Shown: positions 28,440 through 37,164, counted from the first letter of the stretch. The stretch: 64,000 bases of DNA from Longimicrobiales bacterium (GCA_965116905.1 OZ220732.1:1952001-2016000); one strand, 5' to 3'. Numbers and translations are program-made. The notes: generated by a model from the sequence alone, not told the origin.

Positions 28440-29576
28440 CTACACGGTCCGCCTTGAACCCGCCTCCGGGTAGAACTGCCGGCAGTACAGGCGGTATTTC
28501 CCGATGGGCCCGTCGGCGCGGCACAGCCGGGGAGGAGACCGGAACCGCTTCCGCTCCCAGATGACCACGTCCTGCATCACATAGCGCTTCTCCTCCTTGA
28601 GCAGGATGTGGCTCATCACCTTGTGACGCAGCCTCATGGGCAGAAACCCCAGACCCGCGATGAACCGCTTTGGCCGGCGGATTTCGCGCGCCTGCGTGAC
28701 CAGCGTCAGCTCGATGAACTCGCCGTCGACGGGTGTAGCGAGCACCCACAGCCTCGCGTCCATGCCGATCGACCTTTCGTGGACTTCGACGTAGGAATAC
28801 CCCAGGCCATGCACGTGGGTGACGGCTGATACGTCGGACCCGAAGTCGATCAGGCCGGCCACCCTGCGCACGCTCTTGAAGTCGAAGGTGCTCTTCAGGT
28901 ACGCGCCGTCGATCGACAGCGGACCGGTCGGCTCCACGTTCTCGTAGCCGTGCGTGTACTCCAGGTGCTCCACGTCCACGGAGTTCTCGGTCGTCTCCTG
29001 GGGATGCCCGCGGAACCGCAGGGCGACCGATCGCAACGGACTCCACTCGGCGCCGGCGGGAGGTTCATCCGGCAGGTGCCACTGCGCCGCCCGCCCGCCG
29101 AGTCCCCACCAGGCGAAGATCATGCCGAGGATCTCGGTGGTCTCGTACACCTTCAGGTTGGCGGCCTTGGGGGCCGGGGCGTTCGGAGTCGCTACACACC
29201 GGCCGCTCGTGTTGAAGGTGAATCCGTGAAAGGGGCAGACCAGGCAGCCGTCGCGAACGAGCCCCCCCACCGTCGGCCCCATGTGTGAGCCCAGGTGCGG
29301 ACAGAAGGCATCGGCTACGCAGACGCGGCCGTCCTCGTCGGCCCAGACGACAATCTCCTCCCCGAGCCAGGTCTTCTCGATCAGCCCTTGCCGCTCGATG
29401 GATTCGCGTGTCGCGACCAGGTACCAGCCCTCCGGGAAGGGTGGCAGCCGGTCCGTTGGCGTCCGCGAAGGCCTCCGGTCCCGGCCGGTATTCCCGCCAG
29501 TCTCACGCCCGGTCTCACGTCCGGCCTCATGTCCGGCCCGTGCCGGAGGTGCGGCCAACGAAGTCGTTGAAGGCAT
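28440..29576 (-). CDS. Rieske [2Fe-2S] oxygenase, KshA/Neverland (cholesterol 7-desaturase)-like
   Basis: CPHLG...CPFHG, ENSVDVEHLEYTH iron motif, N-terminal PFPEGWY and C-terminal DVVIWERK...DGPIGKYR..C.QFY. Confidence 0.85.
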   Translation of the reverse strand: MPSTTSLAAPPARAGHEAGRETGRETGGNTGRDRRPSRTPTDRLPPFPEGWYLVATRESIERQGLIEKTWLGEEIVVWADEDGRVCVADAFCPHLGSHMGPTVGGLVRDGCLVCPFHGFTFNTSGRCVATPNAPAPKAANLKVYETTEILGMIFAWWGLGGRAAQWHLPDEPPAGAEWSPLRSVALRFRGHPQETTENSVDVEHLEYTHGYENVEPTGPLSIDGAYLKSTFDFKSVRRVAGLIDFGSDVSAVTHVHGLGYSYVEVHERSIGMDARLWVLATPVDGEFIELTLVTQAREIRRPKRFIAGLGFLPMRLRHKVMSHILLKEEKRYVMQDVVIWERKRFRSPPRLCRADGPIGKYRLYCRQFYPEAGSRRTV

Positions 29577-29663
29577 GCGAGAGGTCCTTTCCGCTCGGTG
29601 TACCCGAGAAGCGTTTGGATGCGACAATATCAGCCAAAAACTGTCCGAAACTGTCGCATGCCG

Positions 29664-31052
29664 TCAAGCTGGCGCCTTCCGGAAGCGCCAGCCGTGCATG
29701 ATGCGCCCGTAGTAGTTGAACATCTGCCGCGCCTCGGGGTCGTTGAAGGGATAGTCGGCGCCCAGCTGCCGTGCGGCGCCCAGCCCGCTGACGAAGCAGG
29801 TCTCCTGGCTGTTGATCAGCGTATGGGCGCCGCAATGCCACGTACGCCGGCCGCCCTGAATGTACCGGAACAGGGGGACGAGCAGCGCAACGTGGCGCAC
29901 GTCATGAACGATGTGCTGAAACCACCACCTCCTGATGACCTTCTCTTCGTCGATCCGGCTGACCGGGTTGTAGGTGACCAGACAGGGCCTGTCCGACCGA
30001 TGGACCCAGGGCTGCTGGTTGTGCATGATGTACGTGATCTCGTAGTTGTCCGGACGGGCGCCGTACTGCTCGATGTGATTGCTCCGCGTCTCCAGCGGCT
30101 TCACCTCGTTGTCAGGGAGCACCGACGCGTCCGAGTGCACGACCGTGTGGTTGTGGAGTTCGCTCTCGTAGCGTATGGACGAGAGAACGTAGCGTTCCAG
30201 GAAGGTGGGTTTGTCCAGCATCATCAGCGTCTGGTTCGCGTTGCAGGCGAAGATGACCTCGTCAAAGGTCTCGCGAACGCCGTCTTCGTCCTCGACCACG
30301 ACGCCGGACGCGCGGCGATACACCTTCCGGACCGGCCGGTTGAGGTGGATCCGATCCCGGAAGCCGGCCGACAGGCACTCGTAGATCCGCCGGGTTCCCC
30401 CGTCCCACGTCTGCATCGGCGTCGCCACTTCGATATCGAAGAATTCCAGGTACCTCGAGAACAGCGACGCCGGCATGTCGAACACGTTGGTCGCCATCAG
30501 GAAGTTGACGAACATCGGCTTCAGGATCTTGTACCTGAATTCCCCGCCCAGACCGGCCAGGTTGAGGACCGTGCCCATGCTGACGTAGTTGAACGGGTTC
30601 AGGGCGTTCAGGAACTTCGAGCGGGCGCGGGTCAGTCCTCCGAACCAGTGCAGCCGCCTCAGGATCCGCTGGAACCTTGCGATCTCGGTCGCGAGCTGTC
30701 GCCTGATCTCGGAGTCGAAGTCGTGCGCGTACACCTGGCCGCGGTACCGGACGCTGTAGCTGAATCTGGTGTCCACCAGCTCGATCCCGTGCTTCTGCAT
30801 CAGCAGCAGGATGTGGTGATACACCGACGGGATGCACGCGGTGACCGAGATGTCGAAGGGGATCGAGGTGCCGTCGTCCTGGGGCATGTCGACGGTGATC
30901 GCGTTGCCGCCAACCTGCCCGTGGGCCTCGAAGAGCCGGAAGTCGAACCGGTCGGGGTGCCGGTGCAGCGCCCATGCGGCGCCCAGGCCCGAAACGCCGC
31001 CGCCGATGATCGCGACCCGCTGCCTTCCTTCCCGGTTGCTGTTTGTTGGCAT
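29664..31052 (-). CDS. FAD/NAD-binding oxidoreductase (COG2907-like, amine oxidase fold)
   Basis: VAIIGGGVSGL, FEA..QVGGNA, FDEVIFAC, VHSDASVLP, ITYIMHNQQP and IQG.RRTWHCGA. Confidence 0.8.
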   Translation of the reverse strand: MPTNSNREGRQRVAIIGGGVSGLGAAWALHRHPDRFDFRLFEAHGQVGGNAITVDMPQDDGTSIPFDISVTACIPSVYHHILLLMQKHGIELVDTRFSYSVRYRGQVYAHDFDSEIRRQLATEIARFQRILRRLHWFGGLTRARSKFLNALNPFNYVSMGTVLNLAGLGGEFRYKILKPMFVNFLMATNVFDMPASLFSRYLEFFDIEVATPMQTWDGGTRRIYECLSAGFRDRIHLNRPVRKVYRRASGVVVEDEDGVRETFDEVIFACNANQTLMMLDKPTFLERYVLSSIRYESELHNHTVVHSDASVLPDNEVKPLETRSNHIEQYGARPDNYEITYIMHNQQPWVHRSDRPCLVTYNPVSRIDEEKVIRRWWFQHIVHDVRHVALLVPLFRYIQGGRRTWHCGAHTLINSQETCFVSGLGAARQLGADYPFNDPEARQMFNYYGRIMHGWRFRKAPA

Positions 31053-31092
31053 GGAGCGTCCGTTCTGCGCTGCCTGCGTTTCTTCGCTATTC

Positions 31093-31121
31093 GTGGGTAG
31101 AATTACGGTATTTCTACCCAC
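31093..31121. promoter_or_regulatory. 29-bp palindromic operator candidate
   Basis: GTGGGTAGAA-TTACGGTAT-TTCTACCCAC (perfect 10-bp arms), 40 bp upstream of the flavoprotein start in a divergent intergenic region. Confidence 0.6.
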
Positions 31122-31260
31122 TTGTAACAAAGATCGCCCGCCAACGTGCTCGTCTCCAGAGTGACCCACCTTGCCGGTCGCCCGTTGGAGACTTCGATTC
31201 AGCATCGGCGCCTGAGGTCGCCCCCGCGCCTGAAGTCGACTTTGTAGGAAGGACCGAGTG

Positions 31261-32313
31261 ATGAAGTTCTTGCGTTTTGCGATGTTGGCGGCGTTCGCGC
31301 CAGCTCTGGCGGCTCCGGCGTCGGGACTCGCTCAGGAGTCGGAGGGCGTCCAGGAGTTCGATCCGACGCTGGAGGAGTGGCAGGTGCCGTGGCTGGAGAG
31401 CCGGCCGCGCGATCCCTATGTGGCGCCGGACGGACGGGTCTGGTTTGTCGGACAGCGCTCCCACTATGCCGCGGTGCTCGACCCCGTGACCGGCGAATTC
31501 AGGAAGTACGACCTTCCCGACGGCGCAGGCCCGCACACGGTCGTGGTGGGCACGGACGGCATGGTCTGGTACACCGGAAACCGGGTGGGGAACATCGGCC
31601 GCATCGATCCCGCAACCGGCGACATCGAGATCTTCCCGATGCCCGACGAGCGCGCCCGCGACCCGCACACCTTCGCCTTCGACGCCGCCGGCGACCTCTG
31701 GTTCACCGTCCAGGGCGGCAACTTCGTCGGCAAGTTCTGGCGGGAGACGGGCGATGTGCGGCTGGTCGAGATGCCGGACAACCCCGAGGGGCGGGGCGGA
31801 TCGACGCGGCCCTACGGCCTCAAGATGGACTCCCGGGACCGGCCCTGGGCGACGCTGTTCGGCACGAACCAGCTGGTCATGGTCGATCCCGAGACGTTCG
31901 AGCCCACGTACTACGAGCTGCCCGACGGCGCGCGGCCCCGGCGGCTGGTCATCGACTCGCGCGATGTCGTCTGGTACGTGGACTACGCACGCGGGTACCT
32001 GGGCCGCCTCGACCCGGAGACCGCCGAGGTCACGGAGTGGGCGAATCCGAGCGGCGAGGGTGCGCGCCCCTACGGCGTCGCCATCGACGAACACGACCGG
32101 GTCTGGTTCGTCGAGACCGGGGTGCGCCCGAACCGGTTCGTGGGCTTCGACACCCGCCGCGAGGAGTACATCAGCGAGGTGGACGTGGCCAGCGGGGGCG
32201 GGACGATCCGCCACATGTACTTCGATCCGAAGACCAGCACGATCTGGTTCGGCACCGACGTGAACACGGTGGGACGAGCGGTGCTGCCCCCGTTGAGGAG
32301 GGTCAGCGAGTAG
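31261..32313 (+). CDS. Secreted virginiamycin B lyase (Vgb)-like beta-propeller
   Basis: Signal peptide; repeated P..DG.VW(F/Y) blades, GPH, DPHT and RPYG motifs. Confidence 0.8.
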   Translation: MKFLRFAMLAAFAPALAAPASGLAQESEGVQEFDPTLEEWQVPWLESRPRDPYVAPDGRVWFVGQRSHYAAVLDPVTGEFRKYDLPDGAGPHTVVVGTDGMVWYTGNRVGNIGRIDPATGDIEIFPMPDERARDPHTFAFDAAGDLWFTVQGGNFVGKFWRETGDVRLVEMPDNPEGRGGSTRPYGLKMDSRDRPWATLFGTNQLVMVDPETFEPTYYELPDGARPRRLVIDSRDVVWYVDYARGYLGRLDPETAEVTEWANPSGEGARPYGVAIDEHDRVWFVETGVRPNRFVGFDTRREEYISEVDVASGGGTIRHMYFDPKTSTIWFGTDVNTVGRAVLPPLRRVSE

Positions 32314-32722
32314 GGGGGAACCCGATCACTTCGACGCCTACCGACCCGGCAGCCCTGGCAAGCTTGCGGTCCAACGTCGCGAGTCCCCGCTGGTCTCGCG
32401 CCGCAAGGTCCAGGTACGCCGCATCGTAGGCTGTCAGACCACAGGTCCGGGCGAGTTGCATGGCCTCGTGGTCACGCGGCGCGTGATCGATTTGGATCCG
32501 GAGCGTCTGCAGCATGGAGAGCGCCGCATCCGCATCGCTCGGCACAATCCTGCCGTGCCTCTCCGCTCTCAGGAGCACGTTACGTATCTCCCACCACCAT
32601 AGTGCCGGGACGAGAGCCCCGTTTTCCCTGACCACTTCGAGCGCGACATCGGCAGCCCGTGACTGCTCGTCGGACAGGATCCATGCCGCCGTGGTGGAGC
32701 AATCGACCACAGGAGTGCTCAC
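32303..32722 (-). CDS. VapC/PIN-domain toxin
   Basis: VVDCS, LWWWEIRNVL, LTAYDAAYL and LATLD (acidic residues intact). Confidence 0.9.
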   Translation of the reverse strand: MSTPVVDCSTTAAWILSDEQSRAADVALEVVRENGALVPALWWWEIRNVLLRAERHGRIVPSDADAALSMLQTLRIQIDHAPRDHEAMQLARTCGLTAYDAAYLDLAARDQRGLATLDRKLARAAGSVGVEVIGFPPTR

Positions 32723-33288
32723 CGGCGGCCCTCGTCGCGCAGCAAGAGGATTTCAGACACGGTGAGGCAACCGATGCGCGCCCGGAGCGCCCGCAGACCC
32801 TCGGCAGCCTCGTCGACCGCCTGTTGATCGGGATAGTCGGCAGGAACCAGCATGGCAGTGGGGCGCCCGCCGTCCTCAACCACCAGTCGCTTGCCCACGT
32901 GTCTCAGAGCTCGTTCGACTTGGCGGATATGCGACCGGTGCCGCGGATTCAGGATCTTCCGTACCGCCCCTTCGGTCAACCCCATACGCCCCGCCAGTCC
33001 GACATTGGAGAGCCCCTGGTCACGCATCGCCGCGTAAAGCGCGAGCTTTGCCGCCACCACCAGTGGCACCGCAACCGTAGGCTGTCCTGGCAACACGGTA
33101 CCCGGCGCAGGGATATCCTCGCGCGACCGCATATACGCTCCGAGCGCAACAGCCAGTGCATCTTCGGCCAGCGTCAGAGCTTCAGCTTCATCTTCCCCAC
33201 ATGTGAGGGCTTCGGGGACATCCGGAAAGGAGACGGAGCATCCACCGTCCTCCTCGGCCGTCAGCACACAGGGGTAGGCGTATCGCAT
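32719..33288 (-). CDS. HicB-HTH antitoxin fused to a Phd/VapB-like C-terminal segment
   Basis: YPCVL..EEDGG..VSFPDVPEALTCG (HicB), an HTH, then GRPTAMLVP...LRDEGRR (Phd-like tail). Overlaps vapC. Confidence 0.75.
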   Translation of the reverse strand: MRYAYPCVLTAEEDGGCSVSFPDVPEALTCGEDEAEALTLAEDALAVALGAYMRSREDIPAPGTVLPGQPTVAVPLVVAAKLALYAAMRDQGLSNVGLAGRMGLTEGAVRKILNPRHRSHIRQVERALRHVGKRLVVEDGGRPTAMLVPADYPDQQAVDEAAEGLRALRARIGCLTVSEILLLRDEGRR

Positions 33289-33572
33289 TGGAAAGCATCC
33301 TCGACCGTACCGGTGCCGCTCAACGAGTTCGACCATATTCATCGGTAATCATCGTACTCAAAGGTACGAATGCAGAGACTCCCTGTCCATCGCCAACCGC
33401 CATTCCCACTTCCCACGATTCCGAACTGCCGCGCCGTATTGGGGCGGCAGTCGCGGGTGGGTTCACCGCTGAGGGAACAATGGCACCGACCCGTGGGCGC
33501 ATGGATAGCTGGATGGGACTAATATGTTGCTTGAACCGTGAGCAGTCCGAACGGCAACAAGGGGGAATCTTC

Positions 33573-34793
33573 ATGTCCACCAATCGTATCGCCCGCCACG
33601 CCGAGGTAGCGGCGTTCCCGAGGCTCGCGCTCTGCGCCGGCCTCCTGGCATACCTCGCTCTCCCCGCCGGGTGCGCCGCTCCTGTGGACCAGGCGCGGGA
33701 CGACACGTCGGCCGCCGGCCAGGCCGCGAGCCAGCCCCCCGAAGCCGATCATTTCGTCCCTTCGACCCCTGAGAACCTTAGTTGGGGCTGGTTCCCGGTC
33801 GACAAGGAGCCCGTGCTGCGCATGCAGTCCGGCGAGACCGTCCGCGTCCACACGCTGACCCATGTGGGCGCGGGCCAGAACGAAGAGCCGGTGGCCTACC
33901 TGACCGGCCGCCTCGGCATCCCGCGCGACGAGATCCTTCAGGACGCGCTGGACTTCTGGGCCACGCGCGACGAACGGCCGCGCGAGGGCCGGAGCGGCCA
34001 CGTCATTACGGGCCCGATCCATGTGGAAGGCGCGGAGCCGGGCGATGTGCTGGCGATCGAGATCCTGTCCATCGAGACGCGCGTCCCGTGGGGGGTCAAC
34101 AGCACGAGCGCACGGGGCGGCGTGTTCTCGACGTCATATCCCGGCTATGCGGAGGGCGATCCCGCGCTGGACATTCCGCCCGGCACCCGCCACGTGATCC
34201 GCACCGGCGAAGTCGACGGCAGGGAAGTGGCCTTCTTTTCCGACGACATCCAGGTCCCGCTCGCGCCGTTCATGGGCATTATGGCGGTTGCGCCCGACCC
34301 GGTGGTGGGCCAGCCTGGCGTGACCGTCCCCGGCGTACAGGGTTCGCGGCCGCCCGGCCCCTTCGGCGGAAACCTCGACGTGAAGGACCTGAAAGCCGGC
34401 ACGACGGTGTATCTGCCCGTGTTCCATCCCGGAGCCCTGTTCTATGTCGGCGATGGGCATGGGGCGCAGGGCGACGGTGAAGTCAGCGGGACCGCCATCG
34501 AACAGTCTCTGACGGGCACGTTCCGCCTCACGGTGCACAAGGACCGCTCCATCGCGGGGCCGAGGGCCGAGACCGACGACCACTACATCCTGATGGGGAT
34601 CGACCTGGACCTGGACCGCGCGGCCCGCCATGCCGTCTGGGAGGTCGTGGACTTCCTCGTCGAGGAGAAGGGGCTCACCCCGGCCAAGGCCCTGTCGCTG
34701 GCTAGCATCGCGGTGGACTTCCGCGTCAGCGAAGTGGTGGACCTGACTCAGGTGGTGTCGGGGTTCATCCCGAAAAAGGTGTTCCTGCGGTAG
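33573..34793 (+). CDS. Acetamidase/formamidase family lipoprotein
   Basis: Lipobox PAGC, GHVITGPIHVEGAEPGD, PFMG, GGNLD, GDGHGAQGDGEVSGTAIE and SEVVD. Confidence 0.9.
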   Translation: MSTNRIARHAEVAAFPRLALCAGLLAYLALPAGCAAPVDQARDDTSAAGQAASQPPEADHFVPSTPENLSWGWFPVDKEPVLRMQSGETVRVHTLTHVGAGQNEEPVAYLTGRLGIPRDEILQDALDFWATRDERPREGRSGHVITGPIHVEGAEPGDVLAIEILSIETRVPWGVNSTSARGGVFSTSYPGYAEGDPALDIPPGTRHVIRTGEVDGREVAFFSDDIQVPLAPFMGIMAVAPDPVVGQPGVTVPGVQGSRPPGPFGGNLDVKDLKAGTTVYLPVFHPGALFYVGDGHGAQGDGEVSGTAIEQSLTGTFRLTVHKDRSIAGPRAETDDHYILMGIDLDLDRAARHAVWEVVDFLVEEKGLTPAKALSLASIAVDFRVSEVVDLTQVVSGFIPKKVFLR

Positions 34794-34861
34794 CGGGCCA
34801 TCAGGCTGGAGCCAAGGGCCCGGATCGGTGGGACCGTCGTCGCCAGGAGAGAGGGTGGGCG
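34779..34861 (+). repeat. Direct repeat, left copy (15 bp + 55 bp)
   Basis: 34779-34793 is identical to 37048-37062, and 34807-34861 is identical to 37066-37120. Confidence 0.95.
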
Positions 34862-34866
34862 ATGAC

Positions 34867-35094
34867 TCAGTCGGCCGCGGCCGTCAGGATCGCGGCGGTG
34901 TTCGCGATCAGCCAGGCGGACGCGGCACAAAGCTGCAGCCAGTCCCCGGGTGAGCTGATCCCTGACGCGAGCACGCTGGCGATCCAGCATAGGCTGGCGG
35001 CCGTTTGGCCGACCCGCTCGACACTCAACGCCTGCTTCATTCGCTTGAGCTTCGGAGCCACGGGCGCCGGGGTGTCGGCACGGTCGGTCAGCAT
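34867..35094 (-). CDS. Small two-TM membrane protein
   Basis: 75 aa with two hydrophobic segments (GQTAASLCWIASV, DWLQLCAASAWLIAN); ATG overlaps the oxidoreductase stop. Confidence 0.6.
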   Translation of the reverse strand: MLTDRADTPAPVAPKLKRMKQALSVERVGQTAASLCWIASVLASGISSPGDWLQLCAASAWLIANTAAILTAAAD

Positions 35095-36215
35095 ACGCAC
35101 TCCTGTCCGCAGCAGGAAAGATCGTCGAGGTACATGCCCCACATCCTGTACATCTCAAGCCCCTCGGCGGGCAGGCCCAGCGAGGTCGCGATCGCCTTGG
35201 CGACGACCGCGAACCGTTGCCGGTACTTGTAGATGAAGCAGAATATGTGCTTGTCGTGCCGCACGGCCGCCCCGCACAGGTAGATCCCGGGGACGATCGT
35301 CGATTCGTCGTGCTTGTTGAGGAGCGGGAATCCGTCTTCTCGTGACTCGAAGTGGTCCATCACGAGCGGATGGCTTCCCGCGAACCCGCCCGCGAGGAGT
35401 GGCTGCACGGGCGTGTGAAAGAGCAGCCCGTCATCCGTGGCGACCTCGAATCCGGCGTAGGCGGTGGCCACAGCGGTGACTGTAGTGTCGGGAAAGAGCT
35501 CCACGTGCTCTGCGTACGAGGGGCGTCGTGTCCGCTCGAGTGAGAAGGTGGAAAGCGCGACGCTGGGATCGGAGCTCTCGGACGCCCATGGCCGCCCCCG
35601 GTCGAAGAGGCGCACCCGCCTGCCGCGCTCGGCCAGGTGGCTGGCGACGTCGACGCCGCTTTCGTAGCCGCCGACGACGATGAAGTCGTCCCCATCCAGC
35701 TCGGCGTAGCTGGGGAGCAGAGCCGTGTGCAGGCACAGCTCGCTGCCCTCGAAGTCGCTCAAGCGCGGGTACTGGAAATCGCCTGCAGCCCAAATGACGT
35801 GCCGGGTCCGCACATGCCCGGCTGTGGTTTCGACCACGAACTCGTCGCCGCTCCGGTCGATCCATAGTACGTCGACGCCCTCCTGGATCGGCAACTCGAA
35901 GTGCTTGGCGATCGCCTTGAGGAAGACCGCATACTCGCGCCCCGTGGGATGCTCGACCCCCAGCGTCACGGCGGCCGAGGTCCCGATCACGACAGAATTC
36001 AGGTCCAGCATACCGACCGAATTCGTCGGGAAAGAAGGTGTGATGAAGCGAGTCTCGGCCGGCCACCGGGCGAACGAAGCGCCCACCGAGTGGCGTTCGA
36101 GCACGACGAAGTTCTCGATCCCTGCGTGCCCGAGTGCGACCGAGACGCCCACACCGGCGGCCCCTGCGCCGACGATGACCACATCGAGCGGGTCGTCGGA
36201 AGCCGGAGCGTTCAT
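35088..36215 (-). CDS. NAD(P)/FAD-dependent oxidoreductase with Cys-rich C-terminus
   Basis: VGAGAAG, FITPSF, EHPTG.EYA, GGYESG and FCFIYKYRQRF; ends DDLSCCGQECVC. GAGG RBS. Confidence 0.85.
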   Translation of the reverse strand: MNAPASDDPLDVVIVGAGAAGVGVSVALGHAGIENFVVLERHSVGASFARWPAETRFITPSFPTNSVGMLDLNSVVIGTSAAVTLGVEHPTGREYAVFLKAIAKHFELPIQEGVDVLWIDRSGDEFVVETTAGHVRTRHVIWAAGDFQYPRLSDFEGSELCLHTALLPSYAELDGDDFIVVGGYESGVDVASHLAERGRRVRLFDRGRPWASESSDPSVALSTFSLERTRRPSYAEHVELFPDTTVTAVATAYAGFEVATDDGLLFHTPVQPLLAGGFAGSHPLVMDHFESREDGFPLLNKHDESTIVPGIYLCGAAVRHDKHIFCFIYKYRQRFAVVAKAIATSLGLPAEGLEMYRMWGMYLDDLSCCGQECVC

Positions 36216-36370
36216 CCGGCCACCTCCTCAACCATCTGAGGCTTGGGGAAGGGGTTGGGACGTCCCGCCCAGGCACCGCTGTCGGAGGCGGCAAGGGCTT
36301 TGTCGAGCAGGCATGCGTCGAGTCGCGCGCGGATTGTAACTAGTTGGATCGCTGCTCATCGAACTTCCTC

Positions 36371-36407
36371 ATTCGGGCAGTCCCCACTTATTCGGGCAGT
36401 CCCCACT
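36371..36407 (+). repeat. Tandem duplication of ATTCGGGCAGTCCCCACT (period 19)
   Basis: Exact copies at 36371-36388 and 36390-36407. Confidence 0.9.
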
Positions 36408-36419
36408 GCGGAATGCTCC

Positions 36420-36462
36420 TGCAAGCGGCTTGCGAATAGGAAAAATACGCAAGTGCCTTGCA
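36420..36462. promoter_or_regulatory. Two GCAAG-N3-CTTGC inverted repeats (candidate Fur-family boxes)
   Basis: At 36421-36433 and 36449-36461, with a third partial copy at 36466, between the divergent oxidoreductase and Fur-family genes. Confidence 0.6.
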
Positions 36463-36517
36463 TGTGCAAGTGCTTGTCCCTTTTCGAACTTCATTTCCGC
36501 CGCGCAGGGGAAGGCCC

Positions 36518-36961
36518 ATGCGAATGACGAAGACCGAGGCCCGTCGGAGGCTGCGCGAGTGCGGTCTGCGTGTGACCGCGCCGCGCCTTGCGGTGTTCGG
36601 TATCCTGGCCGACGCGGACGGTCCGGTGTCCTTCACGCAGGTGCTTGACCTGCTGGGCGACTCGGACTGGGATCAGGCGACGATCTACCGCAACCTGGTC
36701 AAGCTGCGGGAGGCTGGCCTCGCCGCCGTGGTGAGTCGGATGGACGGCATCGATCGATACGCATTCGCGGGAGACCACGCAGACGCAGACGGCCATCGCC
36801 ACCCGCACTTCCTGTGCGAGGACTGCGGCCGGGTGGCGTGTCTGAAGGAGGAACTCACCGCGGCGGCGTCGATCGAGGGGCGGTGGACCGAGTCCATCCG
36901 TGGCGCTATGGTGCAACTCCTCGGCCACTGCCCGGACTGTCTCGCTCAGCCCGATGTCTGA
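36518..36961 (+). CDS. Fur-family metalloregulator
   Basis: GLRVTAPRLAV, DQATIYRNL, HRHPHFLCEDC and GHCPDC. Confidence 0.92.
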   Translation: MRMTKTEARRRLRECGLRVTAPRLAVFGILADADGPVSFTQVLDLLGDSDWDQATIYRNLVKLREAGLAAVVSRMDGIDRYAFAGDHADADGHRHPHFLCEDCGRVACLKEELTAAASIEGRWTESIRGAMVQLLGHCPDCLAQPDV

Positions 36962-37047
36962 GATCCGTCAGGCCCGATGGGTCGCTCCCGGGCCAATGAC
37001 GGCGCCCTGGGCCTTGCCGTCTCTGCAGTCAGTCAGGTCCCAGGAGC

Positions 37048-37120
37048 GTGTTCCTGCGGTAGAATTGGAGCCAAGGGCCCGGATCGGTGGGACCGTCGTC
37101 GCCAGGAGAGAGGGTGGGCG
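37048..37120 (+). repeat. Direct repeat, right copy
   Basis: Matches 34779-34861 except for the 13-bp versus 3-bp internal spacer. Confidence 0.95.
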
Positions 37121-37134
37121 GCGACAGATGTGAC

Positions 37135-37164
37135 GGCCCCGTAACCGATCACGGGCCCTTTTCT
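37135..37164 (+). terminator. Possible intrinsic terminator
   Basis: GGCCC(C)GT-loop-ACGGGCC hairpin followed by CTTTTCT. Confidence 0.35.

Noticed and set aside
31261..32313. Vgb-like gene as streptogramin resistance
   Set aside because: Secreted Vgb-like propellers are widespread with unknown function; fold similarity alone does not support resistance.
33289..33342. Possible hicA remnant upstream of hicB
   Set aside because: The in-frame 18-codon extension has no recognisable HicA motif (no GSH); cannot be supported.
34807..37120. Direct repeats as a CRISPR array or IS ends
   Set aside because: Only two copies 2.2 kb apart, no spacers or cas genes, no transposase or terminal inverted repeats.
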